DNA from: Octopus sinensis | Lineage: Eukaryota | Direction: 5' to 3' | DNA length: 64,000 bases | Assembly (NCBI RefSeq): GCF_006345805.1 | Contig: NC_043005.1 | Span: 92,380,001-92,444,000, forward strand | Part shown: positions 29,758 to 42,200 of the stretch, piece by piece | Layout: the number at the start of each line of letters is the position of its first letter | Numbering within the stretch: the stretch's first letter is position 1 | Notes under the pieces: model-generated | Database searches by the model: none | What the model was told of the DNA's origin: nothing | The model's input: only the letters and a program-made list of their open reading frames with translations | Program-made: the position numbers and the translations under genes

Positions 29758-32700
29758 ACATACATACGATGGGCTTCTTTTAGTTTCTGTCTACCAAATC
29801 CACTCACAAGGCTTTTGTTGGCCTGAGGCTATAGTAGAAGACACTTACCCAAGGTGCCACGCAGTGGGACTGAACCCGGAACCATGTAGTTCGTAAGCAA
29901 GCTACTTACCACACAGCCACTCCTGCGCCTATAACCATAATTGTTAACTATTATTGGTTTCAAGAATAAACCCAGTGTGGTCTGTAACTTGGATCATACA
30001 TACCAAGAGGATGTGCACATGTAATGTATTAGTTTGATGCTTGGTAAAGGTGGGATAAAGAGAATACATATACGTGAGAAAGAGAGTCATGTGAGTGTGC
30101 TTTAAACTGAAAGAAATTATTGTATTAATAACTTCCAAAATGACAATTTTGTTTTTGTGTACCTTAATGATGTATGTCAATAGACAATATTTCTTGTTAC
30201 TTTATTTGCTTTATATTCTAGGCTGGTGGTTCTAGTGCTCTTTTGATGGACTTAGCTGCTAATGAAAAATCAGTGCACCGTGATTTCTATAATGGTATGT
30301 TTAATGCGAGTTATACTTCTTGCTTAAATTTGACCCAATTGTCGTAAATATATACAAATCATTTCATAAAGTGCATCAACAATTTTATTTTGAATACCTA
30401 GAATCCATTTTTTTAGAAAATTGTTTTAACTTATATTGGTAAATTTATCTATTTTTGAGAATTTTGAAATTCATCTACATTTGAACAGAGACTGCAGTTA
30501 AAAGTGGGATGATTTGGAAAACAATCATTTTTAACCCTTCACATGGTCAGAAATTTAGGGACATCCTCATCAAGAAGTTTGAGGAGAAGGAGGAGGAGCT
30601 ACAGACATCGGACATAGAAGGTAGCTGGAAATTCCTATGGGACAGCTTGCTGAGTGCCACAGACTAAGTCTGCGGATGGTGCAAAGTCCCTTCCAGACCT
30701 AGAGTTACGTGTTGGTGGAATAATACGGTAGACAAAGCCATTAGAGCAAGGAAACAGGCCTAGTAGAGTGGGGGTAGCCAAAAGGGAGGCTCGACAGCAG
30801 GTATACATAGCCAAGGGCGAAGTGGAAAAGAAGTTTGCCAATGTCCAGCAACATGAGGACCAAAGAACTGAGGTATTTCAGATTGCAAGACAGTGTGTGA
30901 CAGAAAATTATGATGTCACAGGAGAGAAATGTGTCCGCATGGATGATGGTGCATTTGCTTTTAATGTTTCTGAAAAGAAAGGGGCTTGGAGAAGCCATTA
31001 TGAAAGACTGCTGAATGTGGAGAATGAATGAGAGGAGGAGAGCCTTCCAAATGTTGACCCAGTAGAGGGACCAGCTATCTGAATAGACAGCTCCCTTGTA
31101 GATAAAGCAATTGACCAGAAAAAGCCCCCGGCCCATCAGGAATCACTGCTGAGATGTTTAAAATATCGGGTGGTGTGGACTATGGCCTAATCACTTGCAT
31201 TTTAAACCAGGTAGTTCATGATGGAGTCATACCCAACGACTGGCATAGCAGCACCATAGTCAACTGCTACAAGGGTAAAGGTGATGCTCTAGATAGAAAT
31301 AACTACAGGGGTATCAAACTGCTGGATCAGATGATGAAGGTCACGGAGAGGGTCATAGCCCAACTAATTAGGGAGAGAGTCTGCTTAGATGAGATGCAGT
31401 TTGGTTTCGTGCCGGGTAGAAGCACCACTAATGCCATATTCCTGGTTTGACAACTGCAGGAGAAATACCTAGCTAAAGATAAACCCCTCTACTTAGCTTT
31501 TGCGGACTTGGAGAAAGCCATTGACAGGGTCCCTTGATCCCTTATCTGGTGGGCGATGCGGAAACTGGAGATTGATGAATGGTTAATAAGGGCCCTTTAC
31601 AGAGAGGCCATTAGTAAGGTTAGGATTGGCAATGAGTATAGTGAAGAATTTCCAGGTAGAAGTAGGGGTCCACCAAGTTTCAGCCCTTTTGTTCATCATA
31701 GTCCTCCAGGCAATAACAGAGGAATTCAAGATGGGTTGCCCCTGGGAGCTTCTCTGTGCTGATGACCTGGCCCTCATAGCAGAATCATTGCCAGAACTAG
31801 AAAAGAAATTTCGGGTATGGAAGCTAGGCCTTAGAGTCAATGTAGCAAAGACCAAAGTTCTAGTAAGTAGGAAGGCGAACTCATCACACACCCCCTCAGG
31901 TTGGTAACCCTGCTCAATCTGTAGAAAAGGTGTAGGTAGAAACTCCATAAGATGTGCCAGATGTAAGCTATGGACACATAAGAGGTGCAGCAACATCAAA
32001 GGAAAATTAACTGAGAAGATAGCTTTCATGTGTGGCAGATGCACAGGGGCAATAGATACCACAGGCACTCAGAAAACAGATTCCATTACACTCAAGGGGG
32101 AGAAACTAGAAGTAGTTGATAGCGTCCACTACCTGGGTGACCAAGTTAGTAGCGGGGGTGGATGCTCAGAGAGTGTCACCACTAGAATAAGAATAGCCTG
32201 AACAAAATTTATAAAGTTTTTTCCCCTACTAGTGACAAAGGGTCTCTCGCTCAGAGTGAAAGGTAGATTGTACAATGCATGTATATGAACTGCCATGCTT
32301 CACGGCAGTGAAACATGGGCTGTGACTGCAGAGGACATGCGTAGGCTTGAAAGAAATGAAGTTAGCAGGATCCACCGGATGTGTAATGTCAGTGTCCATG
32401 CACAACAGAGTGTAAGCGCCTTGAGAGAAATGTTGGACATAACAAGCATTGGATGTGGCATGCAGGAGAGACGTTTGCATTGGTATGGTCATGTACTACA
32501 GATGGATGAGGAGAGAAGTGTGAAGAAGTGCCACTTCCAAACTGTTGAAGGAATCCAGGGTAGAGGCAGACCCAAGAAGACATGGGATGAGGTGGTCAAA
32601 CATGACCATCGAACGTTGGGCCTCACAGAGGCAATGACGAAAGACCGAGACCTCTGGAGATATGCTGTGACTGCGAAGACCCGACAAATAACGTGAGTTC

Positions 32701-35700
32701 ATGGCTCGTAGAATGGCTTGCTGTGCTTACTTTGGATCGTAGGGCAACCTGTTGTGCTTGAGGAGACCTATTGAGTCAAGTACATCAAAATAAATATCAA
32801 ATGGAAATTGTAGTTGTGATACCTGTGCTGGTGGCACGTAAAAAGCACTGAACATGGTTGTTGCCAGCGTCTGTACTGGTGGCACATAAAAAGCATCAGC
32901 CGATCATGGCCATTGCCAGCCTCCTCTGGCCCCTATGCCAGTGGCACATAAAAAGCACCCACTAAACTCACGGTTGTCCGTTAGGAACGGCATCCAGCTG
33001 TAGAATCACTGCCAGATCAGACTGGAGCCTGGTGCAGCCTCTATGGCTTCCCAGACCCCGGTCGAACCATCCAACCCATGCTAGCCTGGAAAACGGACGT
33101 TAACTGATGGTGATGATATGTCTTGTGCAATTTCATTCCGCTGTGTTATTGGTTTCTTTCATCGCTACAAAGTCAAACATTTATAAAGAGTACAGCATCA
33201 CTCACTCAGATGAATTACACAGGTCTGCCACATCAAAGCCCTATTTGTCTTAGTATTTCATCAACTAATCTATGCGTTTGAGCATCCTTCAAGGTCTCTC
33301 ACCTCCTCATTTCTTTCACAAGTATACTTCATTTATAAATCATGGCCCTTGTACATCCAGGGCTTACTGTCTATTCATATCACACATCCTTAGCCATGTA
33401 TATCAGCCAGTAACTTTTAATGTCTAGTCACTCTTTCAATTCACTTGTAATTTGGTTTCCCTGCAGATATTATGACACTTATGTTGTATCTCTACTTCTA
33501 ATACCACTTCTGTGATGGCTTTTACTTATTGGAGCTGGTTAGACTCCTGTCACTCGAGTATGATGTATATTATTATTTATTAATACCAGTTTGGTTCAGC
33601 TCTATGCCACGTAAAGTTTCATAAGTTCATTGTTCAGCTGCCTATGCATGACAAGTTAGGTTTGTATGGCAAACCTTTGAAACTGTAAGTTGTATGGAAT
33701 CAAATCAATTATCATCACTTCATGTCTTTTTTCCGTGCTGGCATGGATTGGACTGTTTGTCTGAAGCTGGCCATGTTTGTTTTGGCATAGTTTCTATTGC
33801 TGGATGCTCTTCTTAATGCCAACCACTTTACAGAGGATACTGAGTGCTTCTATGTAGCTCTGGTATGGATACTTTTTACGTGGCACCAGCACCCAGGAAC
33901 CTGCCAGATTAGGATTGCTTAGCTAAAGATGGATGCAGGGGACATGCCTGGGTATAAAGAAAACCACAGCAAACTGCCAGGAGTCTCGATCCCTTGTCAT
34001 CTCCTCTGTGAGGCCTGATGTCTCAAGATCCTTTCTCACCACATCTTCTTGGTTCTACCCCATCTACATGTTCCTGCCTCAATTAGAGATCAGCACTTCT
34101 TGATGCAACAACCTTCATTCACATGCATTACATGTCTGTACCAACTCAGTCTTCTCTCTTACACAATTACCTCTGATACCTTGTGTAACAGTTTTTCTCT
34201 CAAATCATTTACACTCTGTCATATATGCACACCAACATTACCCATCCATCGGAGCATACTGGCTTCATGTTTTTTCAAGTCTTCGCATGTCCTCAGTAGT
34301 CACAGCCCGTGTCTCACTGCCATGTAGCATAGTTGTTCATAGAGACATCATACAATCTGCCTTTCACTCTGAGGGAGAGGCCCTTTGTTACCAACAGAGA
34401 CAGTAGCCCTCTAAACTTTGGCCAGCCTATTCCTATTCTTGCAGCTATTCTTTCAGAACAACACCACCACTGTCACTTGATCACCTAAGTAACAGAAATT
34501 GTCTACTACTTCTAAGGATCCCCCTTGACATTTGAGGGAGTCTATTTTTTTTTTTATACATTCTTGGTGTTTAAATGTCCCTGCACATCTACCACATCAT
34601 CATCGTTTAACGTCCGTTTTCCGCGCTAGCATGGGTTGGACGGTTCGACCGGGGTCTGGGAAGCCAGGGGCTGCACCAGGCTCCAGTCTGATCTGGCAGT
34701 GTTTCTACAGCTTGATGCCCTTCCTAACGCCAACCACTCCGCGAGTGTAGTGGGTGCTTTTCATGTGCCACCAGCACAGGTGCCAGGGGAGTCTGGCATC
34801 GGCCACAATCGGTTGGTGCTTTTAATGTGCCACCGGGACGGAAGCCAGCCAAGGTGGCGCTGGCATCAGCCACGTTTGGTTGGTGCTTTTTATGTGCCAC
34901 CGGCACTGAAGCCAGTCGAGACGGCACTGGCAACGGCCACATTCGGATGGTGCTTTTTATGTGCCACCGGCACTGGTATCACAACTACTATTTCCATTGA
35001 TGTTTGTTTCAATGTTCATGTACATGCACTTAACTCAACAGGTCTCCTCAATCACAGCGAGATGTTCTGGGATCCAAGGTACTTTGAATGGGCAGGGGCT
35101 ATGCGGAACTGGTGCCGGAAGCAGCCTGGGTCTTTGCAGTCACAGCACATCTCCGGAGATCTCGGTCCTTCGCCATTGCCTCAGTGAGGCCCAACGCTCT
35201 GTGATCATGCTTGACTACCTCATCCCATGTCTACCTCTCCCCCTGATTCCTTCAACTGTTTGGGAGCGGCACTTCTTCACACATCTCTCCTCATCCATCT
35301 GCAGTACATGACCATACCATTGCAAGCATCGCTCTTGCACACCACATCTGATGCTTCTTATGTCCAGCATTTCTCTCAGGGTGCTTACACTCTGTTGTGC
35401 ATGCACACTGACATTACACATCCAGCGGATCATGCTAGCTTCATTTCTTTCAAGTCTACGCATGTCCTCTGCAGTCACGGCCCGTGTTTCACTACCGTGA
35501 AGCATGGCAGTTCGCATACATGCGTCATGCAATCTACCTTTCACTCTGAGTGAGAGACCCTTTGTCGCCAGTAGGGGTAGGAGCTTTCTAAACTTTGCCC
35601 AGGCTATTCGTATTCTAGTGGTGACACTCTCTGAGCATCCACCTCCACTACTAACTTGGTCACCCAGGTAGTGGAAACTATCAACTACTTCTAGTTTCTC

Positions 35701-37375
35701 CCCCTGGAGTGTGATGGAATGTTTTCTGAGTATTTGTGGTGTCTATTGTCCCTGTGCATCTGCTGCACATGAAAGCTATCTTCTCAGTTAATTTCCCTTT
35801 GATGTTGCTGCACCTCTTATGCGTCCATAGCTTACACTGGGTGCATCTTATGGAGTTTCTACCTACACCTTTCCTACAGATCGAGCAGGGCCACCTGCCC
35901 GATGGGGTGTGTGCTGAGTTCGCCTTTCTGCTTACTATAACTTTGGTCTTTGCTACATTTACTCTAAGGCCCTTTGATTCTAACCCTTGTTTCCACACCC
36001 GAAATTTCTTTTCTAGTTCCGGTAGTGATTCTGCTATGAGAGCCAGGTCATCAAAGACTATTTTCTCTGTTAGTTTCCCAGTGACACCACTGCACCTCTT
36101 ATGTGCCCATAGCTTGGACTGAGTACACTGTATGAAGTTTCTTCTGACCGCTTTATTAAATATTGAGTAGGGCCATCTCCCTGAAGGGATCTATGATATG
36201 TCTGTTTTGCTACTTATTAAAACTTTGGTCTTTGCTAAATTAACTCTTATGCCTTTTGATTGCAGTCCTTGTTTCCATACCTGAAATTTCTTCTCTACTT
36301 CTGGCAGTGATTCAGCAATAAGAACAAGGTCATCAGCATAGAGGAGCTCCCAAGGGCAGCCAGTCTTGAATTCCTCTGTTATGGATTGGAGAACCATGAT
36401 TAACAAGAGGGGGCTAAGGAATTACTCTAGTGGACTCCTACATGTACACTAAATTCCTTGGCTATACTCATTGGGAACTTTCACCTTACTGACAGCATCT
36501 CTGTACATGGCTTGTACAGCTCTCACCAATCACTCATCTACCCCTAGCTTCTGCATTGCTTACCAGATAAGCAAGCGGGAGACCCTATCAAAGGCTTTCT
36601 TTGTGTCAACAAAAGTTGGGTACAGTGGTTTATTTTTGGCTAAGTACTTTTCTTGTGGTTGTCTCACTAGGAAGACAAGATCACTGGTGCTTCTGCCTGC
36701 ACAAATTCAAACTGCATTTCATCTGTGCTAACTTTGGCAGTATGCTGTGCTTGAAGACCCATCAAGCCAAGTGAAATCGTAGCCATGGGAGATACTGGTG
36801 TCACGCAATCAACACCCATTACACTCTCAGAGTGGTTTGCGTTAAGAAGGGTATCCAGCCTATAGAAATCCTGCCAAATTAGACTGGAGTCTGGTGCAGC
36901 CGCTCAGCTTACCAGCACTAGTCAAACTGTCCAACCCATGCCATTAAATGATGATGTAACAAAAGCAAAGTTTTGAAAGAAATATTAGCAAATCGGAAAT
37001 AACAGTTGCTACACAAGGACAAAAATCCTGTTAGTGTTATTTGATGTCTATTTTCCACGCTGGTTTGACTTCTATCTTACCTGCATGTCTTCCTGGGTCC
37101 CTCGTTCCTACAAAACCCATCCACATTAATTTGCCAAGTCACTAAGTTATGGGGATGTAAACAAAGCAACACCAGTTGTGAAGCAGTGTGGTAGGTACAA
37201 ACCTCAAAGACAGATACACACTAACATGTAACAGGCTTTTGCTTTCTGTCTCCAAAATTTTCATCTGAATATTTTTCTTTTGATTTTGTCACATTCTCTT
37301 TTAACACTCATTTTTTTCTTTTTTCTTTGCATTTCAGATTTTGAAGATCTCTTTGATGATGATGATTTAACCTGA
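27743..37375 (+). CDS. COPS9: COP9 signalosome complex subunit 9 (CSNAP/MYEOV2), 59 aa, 3 exons
   Basis: Exons 27743-27811, 30222-30294 and 37338-37375 (GT/AG, phases 0 and 1) give [59 protein letters not shown]. This matches the CSN9 signature DEMFPEG...[25 protein letters not shown]. Confidence 0.96.
28204..28972 (-). mobile_element. Helitron (copy of 6467-6857 at 28204-28532) plus a second Helitron-type 5' segment
   Basis: 3' hairpin CCCGAGCAACGCCGGG and CTAG|T at 28204; additional TCTACCTATATAAA 5'-end motif at 28972. Confidence 0.75.
29545..29929 (-). mobile_element. tRNA-derived SINE in COPS9 intron 1
   Basis: Reverse complement of the 17884-18298 family, with a small internal deletion. 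Confidence 0.9.
30222..30294 (+). CDS. COPS9: COPS9 exon 2
   Basis: Pyrimidine tract plus TAG; [24 protein letters not shown]; GTATG donor. Confidence 0.96.
30535..33117 (+). mobile_element. 5'-truncated, decayed RTE-clade LINE (RT, PHD-like finger, 3' UTR)
   Basis: Broken frames give [44 protein letters not shown] (YADD equivalent), [11 protein letters not shown] and LHWYGHV, with stops and frameshifts; GAT tail. Confidence 0.93.
33712..36730 (-). mobile_element. Older RTE LINE split by a younger RTE insertion
   Basis: Segments 36053-36730 ([14 protein letters not shown]...[19 protein letters not shown]) and 33712-34594 (GRCAG...thumb region, degenerate tail) are colinear across the insert. 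Confidence 0.82.
34595..36052 (-). mobile_element. Younger 5'-truncated RTE LINE
   Basis: [17 protein letters not shown]...WPCSICRKG...MLHGSET...WYGHV, 3' UTR and GAT tail; very similar to 31761-33117. Confidence 0.92.
37338..37375 (+). CDS. COPS9: COPS9 exon 3
   Basis: Long T tract plus CAG; [12 protein letters not shown]; ATTAAA at 37426 and AATAAA at 37460 downstream. Confidence 0.96.
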
Positions 37376-38321
37376 CCCATTGCTGACTTGTAAAATATTT
37401 ATTTCCATTTTTAACTTGCTTTTTTATTAAAGTATTTGAGAAAATCAATGTCTTTCCTAAATAAATCCTGAAAGTCTTTCCTTACTCTATCAAAAAAGTT
37501 AATTTTTAGAAATGAAGTCTCTCATTTTGCTGCTGTTTATATGATGGATATGAAAGATTCAAACTTCAAATATAGAACTCATCTGCAAAGTTAAATTTTC
37601 AAAATAAAACCAAAAGATCAATAATACTTTTAAGTTTCTTTTGGTTATTTAACACTTGCCTAATAAATTATGTTAATACAGTATGGTTGTTTAGAATTTC
37701 CTTTTTAGAATTGTTATGAGCTCTTAAGGTTATTAAGATTCATTAATGCCTATTTGCCTCTTGGCCAATTATGCCAATTCTAAATGTAGATGCAGCTGCC
37801 ACGTATTTAATTGAGCTATTATTTCTCACTAGAAAATGCACTTTGGGAATATAATCAGTCACTTAGATTTGTCTTATTCACCAGACAACTTTCCCTGGAG
37901 AATGTGAACAGTTTTCTAGAATTGTATCATTATCAGTAGTAGATGAGATTAATCTTAGAAGCTATTTGGAGCATTTATTGCTACATTAATTTCTTGTCGA
38001 ATAAAAACTGTATAATTTCAGTTTCTACCAGAAAAACATATCATGACTATTGTATTTCCCCCTTTTCAGGGGGTTAACGTCTGTCTTTCTTTGCTTGTCT
38101 TTAGCTATTTTAAATACCCTGACATTTCAACATTGAATCATTAAAAAAAAGGGTGGGGTGAGCAGCCTTCAACTTTTTCTTTTCAAAAGACTTTTCCAAC
38201 CTGATATTTACATGTTACCATTTATAGCTCTATGTACTTTGAGATCCACTGTTCAAAAAAAAAACAAAAAAACTGAAGAGATCTTATCAACATGTCCAAT
38301 GCTGGATTTTCTAATTATTAA

Positions 38322-38542
38322 CTCTTTCGTTACTGTATTTATTTTGAGATGCTCTGTGTTTCTTTCAATTACTTTAAATATAACAAAGAATTTAGTAAAA
38401 TAACTTTGTTATCATTCAGCTAGTGTTAGGAACATAAATTGTGACTAAGGTTTGGTGGAAGATTTTAATTCAAAACTTAGGAAAACAAAACATTTATATG
38501 ATGGAGTTAGAGCCGATTTCAGCTGGGTTGGTAATGAAAGGG
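38322..38542. mobile_element. TTAA-type (piggyBac-like) MITE
   Basis: TTAA|CTCTTTCGTTAC ... GTAATGAAAGGG|TTAA; degenerate relatives near 5400-5635 and 58320-58505. Confidence 0.7.
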
Positions 38543-39227
38543 TTAAACTAAAGAGAACTTTCATAATTCATGAGTAAAACTACTTTAATCAATCAATCTG
38601 GACAGCTTTGCTATTTTCTCCTTCAACAGTTTTCAGATATTCTCAATGTAGCACAACATTTACACATTAACAATGTTCCTTAATTGATGTATAATGATGC
38701 CAGCTGTTGTGCTGTTAGTGAAGTACTTCAAAAACTGTAGTTTTGTCGGGGGTGAGATTCTCTTTTCCTAAACACACTTACATTAAGTAATTAAGTACAA
38801 ATTATATTGAATATTTTGATAGTTTTTCTAATATATTTTCCCTTATTATTAGAAGCAAACACTGAGCTATCAAACAATTTATTTAACAAATAGTATTTGC
38901 TTCACTGTTATTTCTTTCTCTGAGGTGGAAGATTTCTCTCTATTTACAGTTAATAATTCTATCCCACCCTTGTATCAATAATGATTTTGACATTTTATAA
39001 GTTCATTTAATTACATGTGTATGAATAAGCAAAAATCAATTCCTTATTGACAATGGAGTTGATATATTCCTCCAGTGTCATTTTAAGACAAGTATGAGGT
39101 CATGTGAAAACGTTAGTTTGTTCTTTAACCCCAGGTTAACTGTTTAAGCAGATCTGTAATCAAAAGCTTTCCCGACGTGACCACCCTACCTTATCTTGTT
39201 TTTAGGAATAATGTTTTTTTTTAAATA

Positions 39228-42200
39228 TGTTGTAAAGTGGGTTCCTCCCACTGGTATGATGTGTGACTACCATTGTACTGTTGTTGCTGTTTTATGCTAG
39301 TAGCCACAATAGTTACTAGTTATTGGATACCATTGTATCACTTTGTACCGGAACCTTTACCTTTCTTTAAGGCTCTGTTAAAGGGGTCCACGAACCATTC
39401 AGTCTTTCTATTCAATCTAGGGTGTTACGGTGCTATAATTTTATGTTGTAACAAACATCTCACAGAATCTTTTAAACTCACAGGATACCCTCTCTCTCTT
39501 TCGGAGAGGCACTGAGCAGCTATACGCACACATACACACATGGCAGTAACTTCCATCTACCGAATTCAATCACAAAGCTCCGGTCGGCTCGAGGCTATAG
39601 TGGAAGACACCTACCCAAAGTGCCACGCAGTGGGACTGAACCCGAAACCGTGTAGGTAGGAAGCAAGCTCCCTAACCACACAGGATACATCTGAGACAAT
39701 TATATCCAGTACACAAAATCTTGCGAACAGCTCGTGTAAGAAGTTCATTACTGTAAATGAGGTTAGTCTTTTGCAAATCGTGACTTCAGGCCGTTTCCTG
39801 TAGCTGCCTCTCTACTGTTAAGTAATAATATCCATTTCCTGGCCTGCAAAATCGTTATGCAATTAGGACCATGGTATTTTCACTTCCAGCCAAGGTTCAC
39901 ATTTTGTAGAAAACTCATCATCATCATCATCATCGTTTAACGTCCGTTTTCCGCACTAGCACGGGTTGGACGGTTCGACCGGGGTCTGGGAAGCCAGGGG
40001 CTGCACCAGGCTCCAGTCTGATCTGGCAGTGTTTCTACAGCTGGATGCCCTTCCTAATGCCAACCACTCCCGTGAGTGTAGTGGGTGCTTTTTATGTGCC
40101 AAGGCAGTCTGGCATCGGCCACATTCGGATGGTGCTTTTTATGTGCCACCAGCACAGAAGCCAGTCGAGGCGGCGCTGGCATCGGCCACGTTTGGTTGGT
40201 GCTTTTTATGTGCCACCGGTGGGAAATAAAAGTTAATAAAGGTTTGATGCAAAGAACCACCAAGATTCTTTCTCTGCTAGCACACATCCTCTGCAGCCAT
40301 TTTCCAGGTTATCAACTTCTTTGTCCATGCTTGGCCAGTATACGAAACTTCACATCAGCCCTTTCATTCTTGAGATGCCTGGGTGTCCTACATGGAACTC
40401 TTAGCATTCTCATTTGTAACGTCTGTGGTATGACCACCCTCTTAGCATACCTTAGTACACCATCGCATCTTAGTACTTGCTCACATCTTGGCGGTTCTTT
40501 GCATCAGACCTTTCTTTATTTACTTTTATCTACCACAGTTTTCTTTTTGTCTCATTAATAAATTTGTCATTTCTTCCAGAGTTGCTGGTAGTTCACGCAC
40601 GATGTTCCACATCACTTTTTATGTTTCCGCTTTTAGTGCTGCTTGTTTGTTTTTTCTCAGAATTAACCTAGACACACCATCTGCATGTCCCAACTTCTTT
40701 CAAGGCAGATATTCCATTCTATACTCATAGTTTAATAGAATGGTACCTCACCACTGCAGTCTGTTTGCCATATATGTCAGGATTCCTTTCTTAGATCCGT
40801 ATATCATTATTAGATACCAAAAACGTTTGCCATGAATGAACCTATGGAACTTTTTCATGCCAAATATAATAACCAACACCTCTTTTTCAATCTGGCTATA
40901 GCTTTTTGCTGCTGGCAATAATGTCCTTGATGTGTGAGCTATGGCCTTTCTCCTGCCATTGTTATCCATGTGTAGGAGCGCAGCTTCTATCCTATACTTG
41001 TTAGCATCTCTAACTTTGGGTCAAAATGCATAAGATACAACTCTGAAATTAACACATCTTTTAACTCGTTAAATGCTTTCTGGCATTTCTCTGTCCAAAC
41101 CCATTTGGCATATTTTGTTAGTAATTCATTAAGTGGTGCCTTTACCTTTTGTATATTTGGGATATACACTTGGTAATAATTTACCAAGCCTAGGAATGCT
41201 TGTAGCATTGTCACGTTCGTTGGGGGATAGCATATTTTGTACTATCACCCTTCATGGTTCCAGTCTGTGTCCACTTTCATCAATTACTTGACCTAGGTAT
41301 TTTATTTTTTCCATCAAAAATTTACATTTTCCTTCTGCCAGTTTTAGCCCAAATTCACTTATTCTCTTGAATATTTTCTTTATGTGTTCAATATGTTGCA
41401 CCTGGGACTCACACTTTATCAAAATGTCATCAAGGTATACAATGGCGAAGTTGCAATCACTTAACATTGCATCCATTATTTGTTAGAATATGGCAGGTGC
41501 CACTTTTACTCCAAACAGCAATCATTTGAATTTGTACAATCTATGGGTGTGTGATTGTTAGTAGATGTGTGCAATCTTCCTCTAGCTGAATTTGAAGGTA
41601 CATCTTTTTCTTTATGTAGATCACTGGTGCTGCCCAATCTGTATCTTTACAATTGTATTCAGGCTTTTCAACCTTTCTAGTTCTTTATTGACCCAGTCTA
41701 CCGCCACAAGTGGCCCATTCTATTTGCGCTTGAAAATAGGTGTTGAATAATTCTTTGATTGTAATCCTTGCTTTTATTTTTGTGCATCAGCCTAAACCTT
41801 TCAAAAAATCTTTTAGGAAAGTTTCTTTCATTTTTTGTCTCAGTTCATCAACCTTGTTCAATCGTTTGACTGCTCCATTTACATTATTGCACAAAACGCT
41901 TATGGGTGTATCTGTATCCCATAATTTAAATATCTTCATACATTCTGTGCCAAATAAGTTCATGGATTTTTCAACACGTAAGCATTCACCTTTTGGTTCA
42001 ACCTTTGAACATTATATTACAAATGCGTTCACCTGTGAAATATAATTTTCTTCCTGTAACACTATACACTGTTTTGTTTGGACTACATAATTTTGCTTTA
42101 CCCATTTGTTCTCAGGTGAATTCACTTTCCAGTGTCTAATTCTCAAATTCACGAATTTTCTGTAGTGATGTCTTCATCTTCGCTCTTTTCTATGTTTAAA

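Noticed and set aside
32690-33117. Hammerhead or HDV-like ribozyme in the LINE ends
   Set aside because: No CUGANGA/GAAA core with supporting stems seen; the LINE 5' ends, where HDV-like ribozymes would be expected, are truncated.
30535-33117. Intact or active LINE ORF
   Set aside because: Endonuclease region absent, multiple stops and frameshifts, and YADD mutated to CADD.
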